Positions 10,963 through 20,289 of a stretch of 64,000 bases of DNA are shown here, one piece after another. The first letter of the stretch is position 1; every line of letters starts with the position of its first letter. This DNA is from Minisyncoccota bacterium (GTDB lineage Bacteria; Patescibacteriota; Minisyncoccia; UBA6257; GWB1-50-10), in assembly GCA_041917695.1 (NCBI GenBank), contig JAYRXE010000037.1, forward strand, positions 130,155-194,154, written 5' to 3'. Both the position numbers and the translations under genes were made by a program. The notes beneath the pieces are model-generated. The model saw only the letters and a program-made list of their open reading frames with translations, was not told the DNA's origin and ran no database searches.

Positions 10963-13325
10963 CGCGTATGCTTTTTGCGGCCGTTTCCCTTTTCATACTT
11001 ATCGCGGCGAACGTCGCTTTTTTCGTATGGTTTTTCCGGCGAATGCAGGCGAAAGCCGCGCGGGAGCTTTTAGATCTCAAGCTTTTTCTGGTGCGTTTTC
11101 CGCGAAATCCTTCCCGCGACGGAAGGGATGTGAAATCGGAAATCGCCTTATTCGAGCAGTTCGCGGGTTCGCTCCTCGCCTTTAAAAAACCGATGGCATT
11201 CGAGGTGGCGGTCCCTCACGTGGGGGATGAGATCCATTTTTATGCCGCAGTACCGGAACGGCTTTCGGATGTTTTTGCCCGCCAGCTTCAGTCGGTGTGG
11301 CCGGAGGCGCAAGTGGAGCCTGCGCCCGAGTATAGCATCTTCAACCATGCCGGAGCTTCGACGGGCTGTTTTATTTCCCTTGCCGAGAAATACGCCCTCC
11401 CCATCCGCACCTACCAGGAGATCGGCTCGGATACGTTTGCATCGATACTGGGCGGTCTGAATAAAATCTGCGAAGTGGGGGAGGGCGGCGCATTCCAGGT
11501 TCTCATTCGTCCCGCCCCGCCAGAAGCGAAAAAACAAATAATGAACGCGCTTCATGCGGCGAAAAAGGGGAAGGGATTGAAACATATCCTCTCCGGCGGA
11601 GCCATCACCGGCAAGGATTTCCTCAACGCGGCCAAAGGGAAGGATGAGAAGAAGGACGACGAAAAAGTCGTGGACGATGAAGCGGTTAAGGCATTTGCCT
11701 CGAAGTCCGGAAAACCGTTATTCTCCGTGAATATCCGCGCTGTCGCATCGGCCCCCACCAAAGAGCAGGCCGATATCCTCCTGGAGGGCATGACGGCGGG
11801 TTTTTCGCAATTCGGCGCCCCGAACCGGAATGAATTCAAACTCGTCCGCCCCCGCACGCAGAAGCCGTTTCTCTACCAATTCATCTTCAGGGAGTTTGCT
11901 CCGCCGCAGATGCTGGTGCTTTCAAGCGAGGAGCTTGCGAGCATCCTGCATTTCCCGACGGCTTTCACGGAAATCCCAAAGATTAAGCTGTTGAAATTCA
12001 AGGAGTCTCCGCCTCCGCCGGATGTGCCGAAAGACGGCTTAAAGATCGGCGAAAGTCATTTCCGCGGGACCTCTCTCGATATCCGCCTTACTCGGGAAGA
12101 CCGCCGGAGACATGTTTACGCAATCGGACAGACCGGTACCGGTAAATCCGTTTTTCTGAACAATCTCGCGGGGCAGGATATCGTCGCCGGAGAAGGGGTA
12201 TGCGTCATTGATCCGAACGGCGACCTTTTTGAGGACGTTTTGGCGCGGGTGCCGAAAAACCGCGTGCAGGACGTGGTTGTTTTCGATCCGGGGGACCTTT
12301 CCCGTCCGCTTGGCCTCAACATGTTGGAATACGATCCCGCGTTTCCCGAGCAGAAGACCTTCATCGTGAACGAGCTTATGACGATTTTCGACGCGCTCTA
12401 CGATCTGAAAGCGACCGGCGGGCCGATGTTCGAGCAATATGCCCGGAATGCGCTTCTGCTCCTCATGGATGATCCGACGAAAGGGTATACGATCCTTGAG
12501 ATACCGCGCGTCCTTTCCGATGCGTCCTTCCGAAAGAGCTTGCTCGTCGACTGCAAGAATTTTCTCACCAAAGATTTTTGGGAGAAGGAGGCCGAGAAAG
12601 CGGGAGGGGAGGCTGCCCTCCAAAATTTGGTTCCGTATATTTCGAGCAAGTTCAACACCTTCATCGCGAACGACTACGTCCGTCCGGTGATTGCGCAATC
12701 GAAGACTACATTGAATTTCCGCCAGATTATGGATGAAGGAAAGATTCTCATGGTGAACCTTTCAAAAGGGAAGATCGGCGATTTGAACGCCTCGCTCCTC
12801 GGGATGCTCATTGTGGGTAAACTTACCATCGGTGCCTTTGCACGCGGCGACGCGCCCATCGAGAACCGGAAGGATTTCTATCTTTACATCGACGAGTTCC
12901 AGAATTTTACGACGCCTTCCATTGCGACTATCCTTTCCGAGGCTCGTAAATACCGTTTGAATCTTACGGTTGCCCACCAGTTTATCGCGCAATTGTCGGA
13001 TAAAATACGCGACGCGGTGTTCGGCAACGTCGGTTCGCTGGTCGCGTTTCGGGTGGGCGCAGATGATGCGGAATTCCTTGCGAAACAATTCGAACCCACC
13101 TTCGCGTCCACGAACCTCGTGAACATCGACAACCTGAACGCCCATGCGAAGATTTTGGTGAACGGGAAAGTGGCTCCACCCTTCAATATATTCGTGCCGT
13201 TTCCCCCCAAGGGAGATCGGGAGCTGGCGGGACTTGCAAAAGAACATTCACGTCTCGTCTATGGCCGGCCGCGCGAGATTGTCGAACAGGAAATCTATGA
13301 GCGCGTAAAAGGGGAGCGGGTATAA
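10959..13325 (+). CDS. TraD/TrwB/VirD4-family (type IV coupling protein-like) P-loop ATPase with N-terminal TM anchor
   Basis: RHVYAIGQTGTGKSVFLNNL resembles the T4CP Walker A region (RH..VNGATGTGKSVLL). A Walker B-like YLYIDEFQNF and an N-terminal hydrophobic segment are present. Confidence 0.6.
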   Translation: MTRMLFAAVSLFILIAANVAFFVWFFRRMQAKAARELLDLKLFLVRFPRNPSRDGRDVKSEIALFEQFAGSLLAFKKPMAFEVAVPHVGDEIHFYAAVPERLSDVFARQLQSVWPEAQVEPAPEYSIFNHAGASTGCFISLAEKYALPIRTYQEIGSDTFASILGGLNKICEVGEGGAFQVLIRPAPPEAKKQIMNALHAAKKGKGLKHILSGGAITGKDFLNAAKGKDEKKDDEKVVDDEAVKAFASKSGKPLFSVNIRAVASAPTKEQADILLEGMTAGFSQFGAPNRNEFKLVRPRTQKPFLYQFIFREFAPPQMLVLSSEELASILHFPTAFTEIPKIKLLKFKESPPPPDVPKDGLKIGESHFRGTSLDIRLTREDRRRHVYAIGQTGTGKSVFLNNLAGQDIVAGEGVCVIDPNGDLFEDVLARVPKNRVQDVVVFDPGDLSRPLGLNMLEYDPAFPEQKTFIVNELMTIFDALYDLKATGGPMFEQYARNALLLLMDDPTKGYTILEIPRVLSDASFRKSLLVDCKNFLTKDFWEKEAEKAGGEAALQNLVPYISSKFNTFIANDYVRPVIAQSKTTLNFRQIMDEGKILMVNLSKGKIGDLNASLLGMLIVGKLTIGAFARGDAPIENRKDFYLYIDEFQNFTTPSIATILSEARKYRLNLTVAHQFIAQLSDKIRDAVFGNVGSLVAFRVGADDAEFLAKQFEPTFASTNLVNIDNLNAHAKILVNGKVAPPFNIFVPFPPKGDRELAGLAKEHSRLVYGRPREIVEQEIYERVKGERV

Positions 13326-13332
13326 TAAAAAA

Positions 13333-13962
13333 ATGCAAAAGAAGGATTTTATCGTTGTATTTGTCATCGGGCTTCTCATCGGAGGATTCGGTCTTTTTCC
13401 GCTTCGCATCATTCTTGAACCCCTCGCCATTTCCTTCCCACCTCTTTACCAAGCGGTCTTCCCGCTCGCCTGCGCGCTCTTTGCGCTTCTTGCGCTGTTC
13501 GTTCTCAAGCTGCTTTCCCGAAAATTCGCCATCTTCGAGAAGTTCGGCAAATTTGCCGCCGTTGGCACGTTGAATACCGTTATCGATTTTGGCATCGTGA
13601 ACGCTTTTATCGCGGCGACCGGCATTCCCCATGGCTGGCCGTTTGTCGGGTTTAAAGCGGTTTCTTTTTTGGTTGCGACGACCAACAGTTATTTTTGGAA
13701 CAAGTTCTGGACGTTCCAAAGCGCCGCTCCGGTTTCCGCTCAGGAATATGCGCGCTTTGCCGCCTTTACCCTTTTCGGCGTCGGCGTGAACGTGGCCGTA
13801 GCTTCGCTCGTGGTGAACATCCTCCCGCGTCCCCACGGTATGATCCCGGAGATGTGGGCGAATGTGGGCGTTCTTGCCGCCGTACTCGTGTCGTTCATGG
13901 TGAATTTTCTGAACTACAACAAGTTCGTTTTTAAGAAAAAAAATCCGGAGCCTTCCGTCTAA
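13333..13962 (+). CDS. GtrA-family membrane protein (putative lipid-linked sugar translocation)
   Basis: FAAVGTLNTVIDFGIVNAFI...FLVATTNSYFWNKFWTFQ is the GtrA signature. Confidence 0.7.
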   Translation: MQKKDFIVVFVIGLLIGGFGLFPLRIILEPLAISFPPLYQAVFPLACALFALLALFVLKLLSRKFAIFEKFGKFAAVGTLNTVIDFGIVNAFIAATGIPHGWPFVGFKAVSFLVATTNSYFWNKFWTFQSAAPVSAQEYARFAAFTLFGVGVNVAVASLVVNILPRPHGMIPEMWANVGVLAAVLVSFMVNFLNYNKFVFKKKNPEPSV

Positions 13963-13965
13963 GCC

Positions 13966-14688
13966 ATGTATCTTTCCGTCATCATTCCCGCCTACAATGA
14001 GGAAAAGCGCCTTCCCGATACGCTTCGCGACATGCATGCCGTGCTTTCCTCCGCTGATTTCGAATATGAGATTATCGTAGTGAGCGATGGATCGAAGGAC
14101 GGCACGGTTCGCATCGCCGAAGAGCTTGCCGGAGAGATCCGCGGGTTGCGGGTCATCGGCAACGCGGAAAACCACGGCAAGGGATGGGTAACGAAGCAAG
14201 GTATGCGGGAGGCTCGCGGCGCATGGAGGCTTTTTACCGATGCCGACAATTCAACGACCATGCGGGAATTCAAAAAGTTACAGCCCTATCTTACGGACGG
14301 CTACGGCGCCGTATTCGGCTCGCGGGCGCTCCCTGGGTCGGTTCTCCATCCGCCTCAGCCATGGTATCGCCGAATTCCGGGGAAGATTGGGAATCTTATC
14401 ATTCAAGCGCTTGTGCTCCCCGGCATACGCGATACGCAGTGCGGATTCAAATGCTTTTCCGCCAGCGCTGCAGAGGCGGTCTTTCCGAAAATGAAAACCT
14501 CGGGGTGGGGTTTCGATGTTGAGGCGCTCGCGCTTACAAAGCGAGCGGGTTTCAAACTCAAGGAAATTCCCATCGAGTGGCGCAACGACACGCGTTCGAC
14601 CCTGGAGGCGGGAGCGTATATTTCAACCCTCATCGAGGTTGCAAAAATCAGATGGTGGCTGCTTGCCAATGCTTATGAAAAAAAATAA
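13966..14688 (+). CDS. GT2 glycosyltransferase (GtrB / dolichyl-phosphate sugar synthase-like)
   Basis: LSVIIPAYNEEKRLPDTL...VVSDGSKDGT...TDADNS is the GT-A DXD architecture. It is adjacent to the GtrA gene. Confidence 0.75.
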   Translation: MYLSVIIPAYNEEKRLPDTLRDMHAVLSSADFEYEIIVVSDGSKDGTVRIAEELAGEIRGLRVIGNAENHGKGWVTKQGMREARGAWRLFTDADNSTTMREFKKLQPYLTDGYGAVFGSRALPGSVLHPPQPWYRRIPGKIGNLIIQALVLPGIRDTQCGFKCFSASAAEAVFPKMKTSGWGFDVEALALTKRAGFKLKEIPIEWRNDTRSTLEAGAYISTLIEVAKIRWWLLANAYEKK

Positions 14689-15676
14689 CGAGCATATTTC
14701 AGAACTGCGGCAGGATATCGTGACGGGGGAGTGGGTGCTCATCGCACCCGAACGCTTCCATCCCGAAAAGTTCCTTGCGAAAAAAGGAAGGCGTGTCGCG
14801 CCTCCCGCATCTCGCGATATTTTCCGCGACCCTTTCTTGCCGCAGGTGAGCGGAGAAGTCATCGCCCGCATTCCCTCCCATGGCGCCTGGCGGGTAGCGG
14901 TTATTGAAAATAAATATCCCGCCGCTTCCCCGGCTGCCCGCCGTTTTTCCAACGCTCCGGCAATGTACCCCGTTCGTTCCGCAATAGGCCGCCATGAGTT
15001 GGTTATCACTAAAGGGATTCGCGAGAACTTTCCGCGGCTTTCGGATGCCGATGCGCGTGGGTTATTTAAGGTTTTCCGAGATCGCTACCGGAGGCTTATG
15101 CGCGAGGCGGGAATGCGGTATATTTCCGTATTCCACAACTGGGGACCGGGTGCGGGCGCTTCGGTTTTCCATCCCCACTATCAAATCCTCGGCGTGCCGC
15201 TCGTTCCCTCGCATATTGAAGATTCACTGCGGGGTTCCGCCAAGTATTTTAAGAAGCACAAGCGGTGCGCTCATTGCGATATGATTAGCGCGGAAAGGCG
15301 TGCAAAATCGCGAATCATTTTCGAATCCACGCACGCGATTGCCTTTGCGCCGTTTGCCTCAAAAAATCTTTTTGAAGTCCGTGTGTTTCCGAAAAAGCAT
15401 TCCGGTTTTTTCAACGCATCTTCTGATGTAGAGCGCGATGGGGTCGCTCTGATTCTCAAAAAAACACTCATGAAAATGGAAAAAAACCTGGGCGACCCCG
15501 ATTACAATTTTTACATCCATACATCTCCGATTGGCAGCGAAAAGAAGAATGGGCATTACCATTGGCATATCGAAATCGTCCCCCGTGCGCATGCGGTCGG
15601 CGGATTCGAATTCGGGACTGGTTTGTATGTGAATGTGGCCGACCCCGATCTCGTTGCGAAAATACTGCGGAAATAA
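14669..15676 (+). CDS. HIT-superfamily galactose-1-phosphate uridylyltransferase-like protein
   Basis: FHNWGPGAGASVFHPHYQILG resembles the GalT HPHGQ catalytic motif, and CAHCD resembles its Cys motif. The ATG at 14669 overlaps the GT2 stop by 20 nt. Confidence 0.6.
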   Translation: MLMKKNNEHISELRQDIVTGEWVLIAPERFHPEKFLAKKGRRVAPPASRDIFRDPFLPQVSGEVIARIPSHGAWRVAVIENKYPAASPAARRFSNAPAMYPVRSAIGRHELVITKGIRENFPRLSDADARGLFKVFRDRYRRLMREAGMRYISVFHNWGPGAGASVFHPHYQILGVPLVPSHIEDSLRGSAKYFKKHKRCAHCDMISAERRAKSRIIFESTHAIAFAPFASKNLFEVRVFPKKHSGFFNASSDVERDGVALILKKTLMKMEKNLGDPDYNFYIHTSPIGSEKKNGHYHWHIEIVPRAHAVGGFEFGTGLYVNVADPDLVAKILRK

Positions 15677-15678
15677 GC

Positions 15679-16311
15679 ATGCCGGCGCATTTTCTCAAAG
15701 AACTTGAAAGCGTCGGGGAGCTTTCGACCATGCGTATCAAAAACGCCTTTTTGTCCGTGCGGCGGGAGGATTTCGTTCCGCCCCAGCTCCGTTCCGACGC
15801 ATCACTGAATGTCGCCCTGCCGCTTCCGTGGGGAGGATTTGTCTCGCAGCCGTATATTTTCGCGTTTATGCTCGAGCGGGCCTATCTGCAGAAGGGGAAT
15901 CGGACGCTCATATGCGACAACGGCTCCGGATGGGAGGCGAATGTGGTGGCATACCTCGTGGATCCGCGCGAAGAAACCGGAGAGCGCATACGCGAACCGA
16001 ATGTCTTTGCGCTCCTTGATTCCGACGAGTGCGCCGTCCGCGCTTCCGCTGCCTCACTCCCGCACCGGTTTGAACGGAACGGGGTACTGCGCATCATCCG
16101 CCGTGAAGACGAGGCGCTCGCCGCGCCCGTGCATCGCATCATCAGCTTTAAGCACGTCGATCCTTCAGCGCTCGAGGCGTGGAAGGAACGCCTCGCAATC
16201 GGGGGCCGCATCGTGCTTCCGCGTCGGGAAAGCGTGTATGTCTTTGAGAAAACAGGTAACGGAGAATTCATGGAAAAAAGTTTTTTTGGGTTCCATTTTC
16301 CGCAAAATTGA
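15679..16311 (+). CDS. Protein-L-isoaspartate O-methyltransferase-like protein (divergent)
   Basis: GGFVSQPYIFAFMLERAYLQKGNRTLICDNGSGWEANVVAYLV aligns to PIMT GQTISQPYMVARM...VLEIGTGSGYQAAVLAHLV. The SAM motif is degenerate. Confidence 0.5.
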   Translation: MPAHFLKELESVGELSTMRIKNAFLSVRREDFVPPQLRSDASLNVALPLPWGGFVSQPYIFAFMLERAYLQKGNRTLICDNGSGWEANVVAYLVDPREETGERIREPNVFALLDSDECAVRASAASLPHRFERNGVLRIIRREDEALAAPVHRIISFKHVDPSALEAWKERLAIGGRIVLPRRESVYVFEKTGNGEFMEKSFFGFHFPQN

Positions 16312-16367
16312 CACGCTTCAGAACTGGGTATACGCTTACACCGTTTCTTTAACATTGCAGGAATAGC

Positions 16368-16443
16368 TCAGTTGGGAGAGCATCTGCTTCCGCGTAAGCA
16401 GAGGGTCGGTGGTTCGAGTCCATTTTCCTGCTCAAGGGGGAGA
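16368..16443 (+). tRNA. tRNA with a 3-nt-expanded anticodon arm; likely Arg(CCG)-like, identity uncertain
   Basis: Acceptor GCAGGAA/TTCCTGC, D-arm GCTCAGTTGGGAGAGC and T-arm GGTGG-TTCGAGT-CCATT are canonical. The anticodon arm TCTGC-TTCCGCGTAA-GCAGA has a 10-nt loop, or a 7-bp stem with a 6-nt loop. Confidence 0.7.
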
Positions 16444-16598
16444 TTTGGTAATTTTGCCGTTGTCGGTGTCGTGGCGGGGAGGATGTATCACAAGCTTAGA
16501 TATTTTTTCCTTAACAGGACGCGTTGCGGCGGAGCCCAAAAAATATAGAGACTATGCAGGGGCATGAGTCTTTTGGTCCCCCTCTTTAATTTTTGTAC

Positions 16599-16624
16599 AA
16601 ACCCGCGTGTAGCGGGTTTTTTAT
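16599..16624 (+). terminator. Rho-independent terminator
   Basis: ACCCGC-GTGTA-GCGGGT followed by TTTTTT. Confidence 0.7.
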
Positions 16625-16645
16625 TATTTCCGTATACTGAGCTCA

Positions 16646-17779
16646 ATGAAATTTTTGCGCTCCATTCCCGCTTCGAAGCTCGACGGCGCGGCCGCCCTCG
16701 TGCGAATCGACCTCAACGTTGAATTCGAAAGTAAGGAGGATATGTACCGCCTTGCGGCCGCAATTCCCACTATGCGTTTTCTGCTCGACCGAGGGGCAAA
16801 AGTCGTCATCGTAAGCCACCGCGGAAGGCCTGTGGGATTTGAGAAAAAAGAATCGCTTCGGCCCTTCGTTTCCGTCCTTTCAAAGAAACTCGGCCAGGCG
16901 GTGCGGTTTTTCCCGGATTTTGATTTTAGGAAGATTGCGTGGGAGATTGCCACATCCGCCTCGCGGGTTTTTCTGCTTGAAAATATCCGCTTCTTCCCGG
17001 GAGAGACGGAGAACAGCGCCGTTTTGGGGCACGAACTCGCTTCGCTTGCGGACATTTACGTAAACGATGCGTTTGCCGATTCTCATCGAGCCCACGCTTC
17101 CGTCTCTGCTGTCGCCCGCACCCTTCCGGCATACGCGGGACTCGGCTTCGAGCGCGAACTCAAAAATCTTTCGGTCCTTCGCGCGCCGGCAAAGCCCTTT
17201 GTGGCGGTTTTGGGAGGCGTGAAGGTCGAAGATAAGATCGCGCTCGTGAAAGCGTTCCGAAATTCCGCGGATGCATTCCTTTTGGGAGGCGGTATTGCAA
17301 ATACTTTTTTTGCAGGAATCCAGGTTCCCGTCGGTAAATCGGTGTACGACAAAAAAATCGCCAAAAAAGCGAAAGCATTTTTGCGGGGCGGAAAGATGGT
17401 GTTGCCCGAAGACGTCGTGACGTATCGGGGGCGGATACTCGATATCGGAAAGAATGCGGGGAAGGACTTCGCGGATTTCATCATCCGCGCAAAGACGGTC
17501 GTGTGGACGGGTCCGCTCGGTCATTACCACGATGCGCGATGGAGCGCGGGGACGCTCGCCGTGTGGAGGGCAATTCAAAAAAATAAGCGCGCGAATATGC
17601 TGGTCGGCGGAGGCGAAACACTCGCCTCGCTTCGCCTTATCGGGGAAAAACCCGAGACATTCATGAAAAAACATCCGCGCGTCTTCCTTTCGACGGGCGG
17701 CGGCGCGATGGTCGAATATCTTTCGGGGAAGCGCCTGCCCGGCCTTCATGCTCTTGAGGCATCGCGGAAGAGTCTATGA
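16646..17779 (+). CDS. pgk: Phosphoglycerate kinase
   Basis: KVVIVSHRGRP...FLLENIRF...LGGVKVEDKI...LLGGGIANTF are PGK motifs. Confidence 0.85.
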   Translation: MKFLRSIPASKLDGAAALVRIDLNVEFESKEDMYRLAAAIPTMRFLLDRGAKVVIVSHRGRPVGFEKKESLRPFVSVLSKKLGQAVRFFPDFDFRKIAWEIATSASRVFLLENIRFFPGETENSAVLGHELASLADIYVNDAFADSHRAHASVSAVARTLPAYAGLGFERELKNLSVLRAPAKPFVAVLGGVKVEDKIALVKAFRNSADAFLLGGGIANTFFAGIQVPVGKSVYDKKIAKKAKAFLRGGKMVLPEDVVTYRGRILDIGKNAGKDFADFIIRAKTVVWTGPLGHYHDARWSAGTLAVWRAIQKNKRANMLVGGGETLASLRLIGEKPETFMKKHPRVFLSTGGGAMVEYLSGKRLPGLHALEASRKSL

Positions 17780-18621
17780 CAAAGACGCTCGTTATATACC
17801 ACAAGAATTGTCCTGACGGCTTCGGCGCCGCGTGGGTCGCCTGGAAAAAATTCGGCAATCGCGCCGAGTATGTCGCGGTCGCTCCCGAGGAACTGCCGAA
17901 AACGTTCCCGAAGGGCAGGCGGATATACGCTATCGACGTTTCATACGAAATTTCCGTCCAGGAGCGTTTGCGGAAATATAATCCGCTCGTCGTGGTCATA
18001 GACCATCACGCAAGCCGGAGGATCGATACCGAACATTTCCCGGAAAATGTTTTTGACACCAACCACTCGGCCGCCGTCATCGCGTGGAAATATTTTTTCC
18101 CGAAAAAGCCGGTTCCGCGAATGCTGAAATACGTCGAGGAAGGCGACTTGTGGAAAATGACGCTTCCGCGCGTCCACGACATCCTGCCGTACCTTTATAT
18201 GCAGGACCGAACGTTTACGCGATGGAGCGAAATGGCCCGCACATTCCAAACGGCGAAGGGCTTTACGCACTATGCATCGCTTGGAAAGATTGCGCGGGAA
18301 TATGAAGATTCGGTGATTAAAGATCTCGTTGAGCGGGCTGAAGCGGTCTTTTTCGAGGGGCGGGCGGTTCCCGCAGTCAATAATTCATCGCGACGCTTCA
18401 CGAGCGCGGTAGGGGATATTCTTTCACGGAAAAAGCCAAACCTTACGCTTATCTGGTACGAAGGCGCCGACGGCATCAAGGTATCCCTTCGTTCGAACGG
18501 TACGGTGGACGTCTCGAAGATTGCACTGAAGTACGGCGGGGGCGGGCATAAAAACGCCTCAAGTTTCATGATAAAAACCGCGAAGAAGCCGTGGAAAAAG
18601 TTGGGCAAAAAATGGATATGA
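17776..18621 (+). CDS. DHH-family phosphoesterase (NrnA-like nanoRNase/pAp phosphatase)
   Basis: N-terminal LVIYHKNCPDGFGAAW, the DHH motif VVIDHHAS, and a C-terminal GGGH (DHHA1-like) motif. Confidence 0.65.
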   Translation: MTKTLVIYHKNCPDGFGAAWVAWKKFGNRAEYVAVAPEELPKTFPKGRRIYAIDVSYEISVQERLRKYNPLVVVIDHHASRRIDTEHFPENVFDTNHSAAVIAWKYFFPKKPVPRMLKYVEEGDLWKMTLPRVHDILPYLYMQDRTFTRWSEMARTFQTAKGFTHYASLGKIAREYEDSVIKDLVERAEAVFFEGRAVPAVNNSSRRFTSAVGDILSRKKPNLTLIWYEGADGIKVSLRSNGTVDVSKIALKYGGGGHKNASSFMIKTAKKPWKKLGKKWI

Positions 18622-19025
18622 ATACCGAAAAAATAATCATTTATACCGACGGCGGAGCGCGGGGGAACCCCGGACCGTCGGCCATCGGCGCCGTCGTCGG
18701 GGACGAACGATATGCGGAGTATATCGGCGAAGCCACCAATAACGTCGCCGAGTACAAGGCGGTCATTTTGGCTCTTACCAAGGCAAAAGAGCGGTTAGGG
18801 ACCCGGGCGGGCGATTCATCCCTGGAGGTTTATTCCGACAGCGAACTTCTCGTAAACCAGATGAACGGGAGCTATCGCGTGAAAGAGGAAACTCTCAAAG
18901 TTCTTTTTGGAGTCGTGAGTCGGCTTCGTACGGAATTCCGCGACGTTTCCTTCACACACATTCCCCGTGAAAAAAATGCCGTTGCGGATGCGCTGGTGAA
19001 CGAAGTCCTTGATGCCCGGAACTGA
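18612..19025 (+). CDS. rnhA: Ribonuclease HI
   Basis: IYTDGGARGNPGPSAIGAV...NNVAEYKAVILAL...LEVYSDSELLVNQM...VADALVN is the RNase H catalytic-core pattern. The start overlaps the preceding stop. Confidence 0.85.
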   Translation: MDMNTEKIIIYTDGGARGNPGPSAIGAVVGDERYAEYIGEATNNVAEYKAVILALTKAKERLGTRAGDSSLEVYSDSELLVNQMNGSYRVKEETLKVLFGVVSRLRTEFRDVSFTHIPREKNAVADALVNEVLDARN

Positions 19026-19057
19026 GCTTTGACGGCGGTTTCAGGAAGCGTTTTAAT

Positions 19058-19420
19058 TGAAGCGGTACATCACGCGGCAGCCCCCGCCATTGGCGGGGGA
19101 GGAAAGTCCGGACACTCTCTCCTGCCGACGGCGGGAGACAAAAAGGTAGCGGTTAACGACCGTCCGGGGAAACCCGAGAGGTGCGAACAGAGACGCCAGG
19201 GCTGGAAACGGCTCGGCATCCTTTAGGAGGATGAGCTCGCCGGGTAACCGGAGAGATGAAACGGCTAAATCCTTACCGAGTGCAAGGCCGTGCCCCCGCC
19301 GACGGCGGGGGAGCGCCGCTTGAGCTTGAGAGCAATCGATAGCCTTAGATGGATTGCCGCATCCGCCATCCGCCAGCCGGCGGAGGCGGAACAGAATCCG
19401 GCTTACGATGTGCCGATACC
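19058..19420 (+). ncRNA. rnpB: RNase P RNA (bacterial type A)
   Basis: GGGAGGAAAGTCCGGACACTC (P4 5' strand) and ...ACAGAATCCGGCTTAC (P4 3' strand) are present. GCTTGAGAGCAATCGATAGCCTTAGATGGATTGCC aligns to E. coli M1 RNA GCUUGAGCCAGUGAGCGAUUGCUGGCCUAGAUGAAUGACUG. P1 pairs 19063-71 with 19407-15. Confidence 0.8.
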
Positions 19421-19482
19421 CAATCAAGAACTCCGCCCTAAAGGCGGAGTTCTTGCGCTTCGCGTATAATATTGATGACTCA

Positions 19483-20238
19483 ATGAATACAGAAATGTAC
19501 GTTTTCGACCAGGATGGGACGCTTTCCGAAAGCAAGCGTCCGGTTTCCGTGCGCATGGCGGGCGCGCTTGCGCGGCTGCTCGAAAGTCATCGCGTAGCGG
19601 TTATTTCCGGTGCGGATTTTCCGCAGATACGCCGTCAGGTTGTTTCCCGCCTTCCCAAAAAAGCGAAGCTTGAGAATTTATATCTCATTCCCGTAAACGG
19701 CGGGGAAGCTTGGGAGTACCGGAAAAAATGGCAGAAGATATACGCGGAAACCCTTACTCCCCAGGAACGCGAAAGGCTGCGGAAGGCAGTCTCTACGGCT
19801 CTTGCAAAAAACTTTGAGCGTCCGGAAAAGAAATGGGGGAACACGCTCGATTACCGGGGAGTGCAGGTAACCTATTCCGCCCTGGGCCAGAAAGCTCCGC
19901 TTCAAGCGAAAAAGGGATGGGACGCCGACCGGCTGAAGCGGAAGGCAATGATCCGCGAGCTTAAAAAGTTCCTGCCGGGGTATGAGTTCGGCATCGGGGG
20001 GCTCACGTCAATCGATATCACCCCGCGGGGCATTACAAAGCCCGCCGGTATCTTTCGTCTCGCACGGTATCTTCGCGTTTCCAAAGACAAGATTTTCTTC
20101 ACCGGAGACGCGATTTTTCCCGGGGGAAATGACTATGCAGTGAAGCGGGCGGGCATACGCTCCACAAAAGTTAGTGCCCCCAAAGACACCTATGCGCTCA
20201 TCCGGAAAATGGTTTCCAGGGACAGGACTCAAAAATGA
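19483..20238 (+). CDS. Eukaryotic-type phosphomannomutase (PMM/Sec53 HAD family)
   Basis: MYVFDQDGTLSE (HAD DxDGT), then ...YEFGIGGLTSIDITPRGITKP...IFFTGDAIFPGGNDY...STKVSAPKDT. These parallel human PMM2 FSIGGQISFDVFPDGWDK...YFFGDKTMPGGNDH...SVTAPEDT. Confidence 0.7.
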   Translation: MNTEMYVFDQDGTLSESKRPVSVRMAGALARLLESHRVAVISGADFPQIRRQVVSRLPKKAKLENLYLIPVNGGEAWEYRKKWQKIYAETLTPQERERLRKAVSTALAKNFERPEKKWGNTLDYRGVQVTYSALGQKAPLQAKKGWDADRLKRKAMIRELKKFLPGYEFGIGGLTSIDITPRGITKPAGIFRLARYLRVSKDKIFFTGDAIFPGGNDYAVKRAGIRSTKVSAPKDTYALIRKMVSRDRTQK

Positions 20239-20289
20239 GGCTCTAGTTGACTTATTAACGGCTTTATGTAGAATGAAACCCGACTCCGA

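Noticed and set aside
13183-14199. 338-aa minus ORF antisense to the GtrA/GT2 genes
   Set aside because: The plus-strand genes have family signatures. The antisense ORF is a charged, low-complexity translation.
19029-19556. ORFs 19029-19226 (+) and 19053-19556 (-) overlapping the RNase P RNA
   Set aside because: The region is the rnpB gene, with conserved P4 strands present. The ORFs are incidental.
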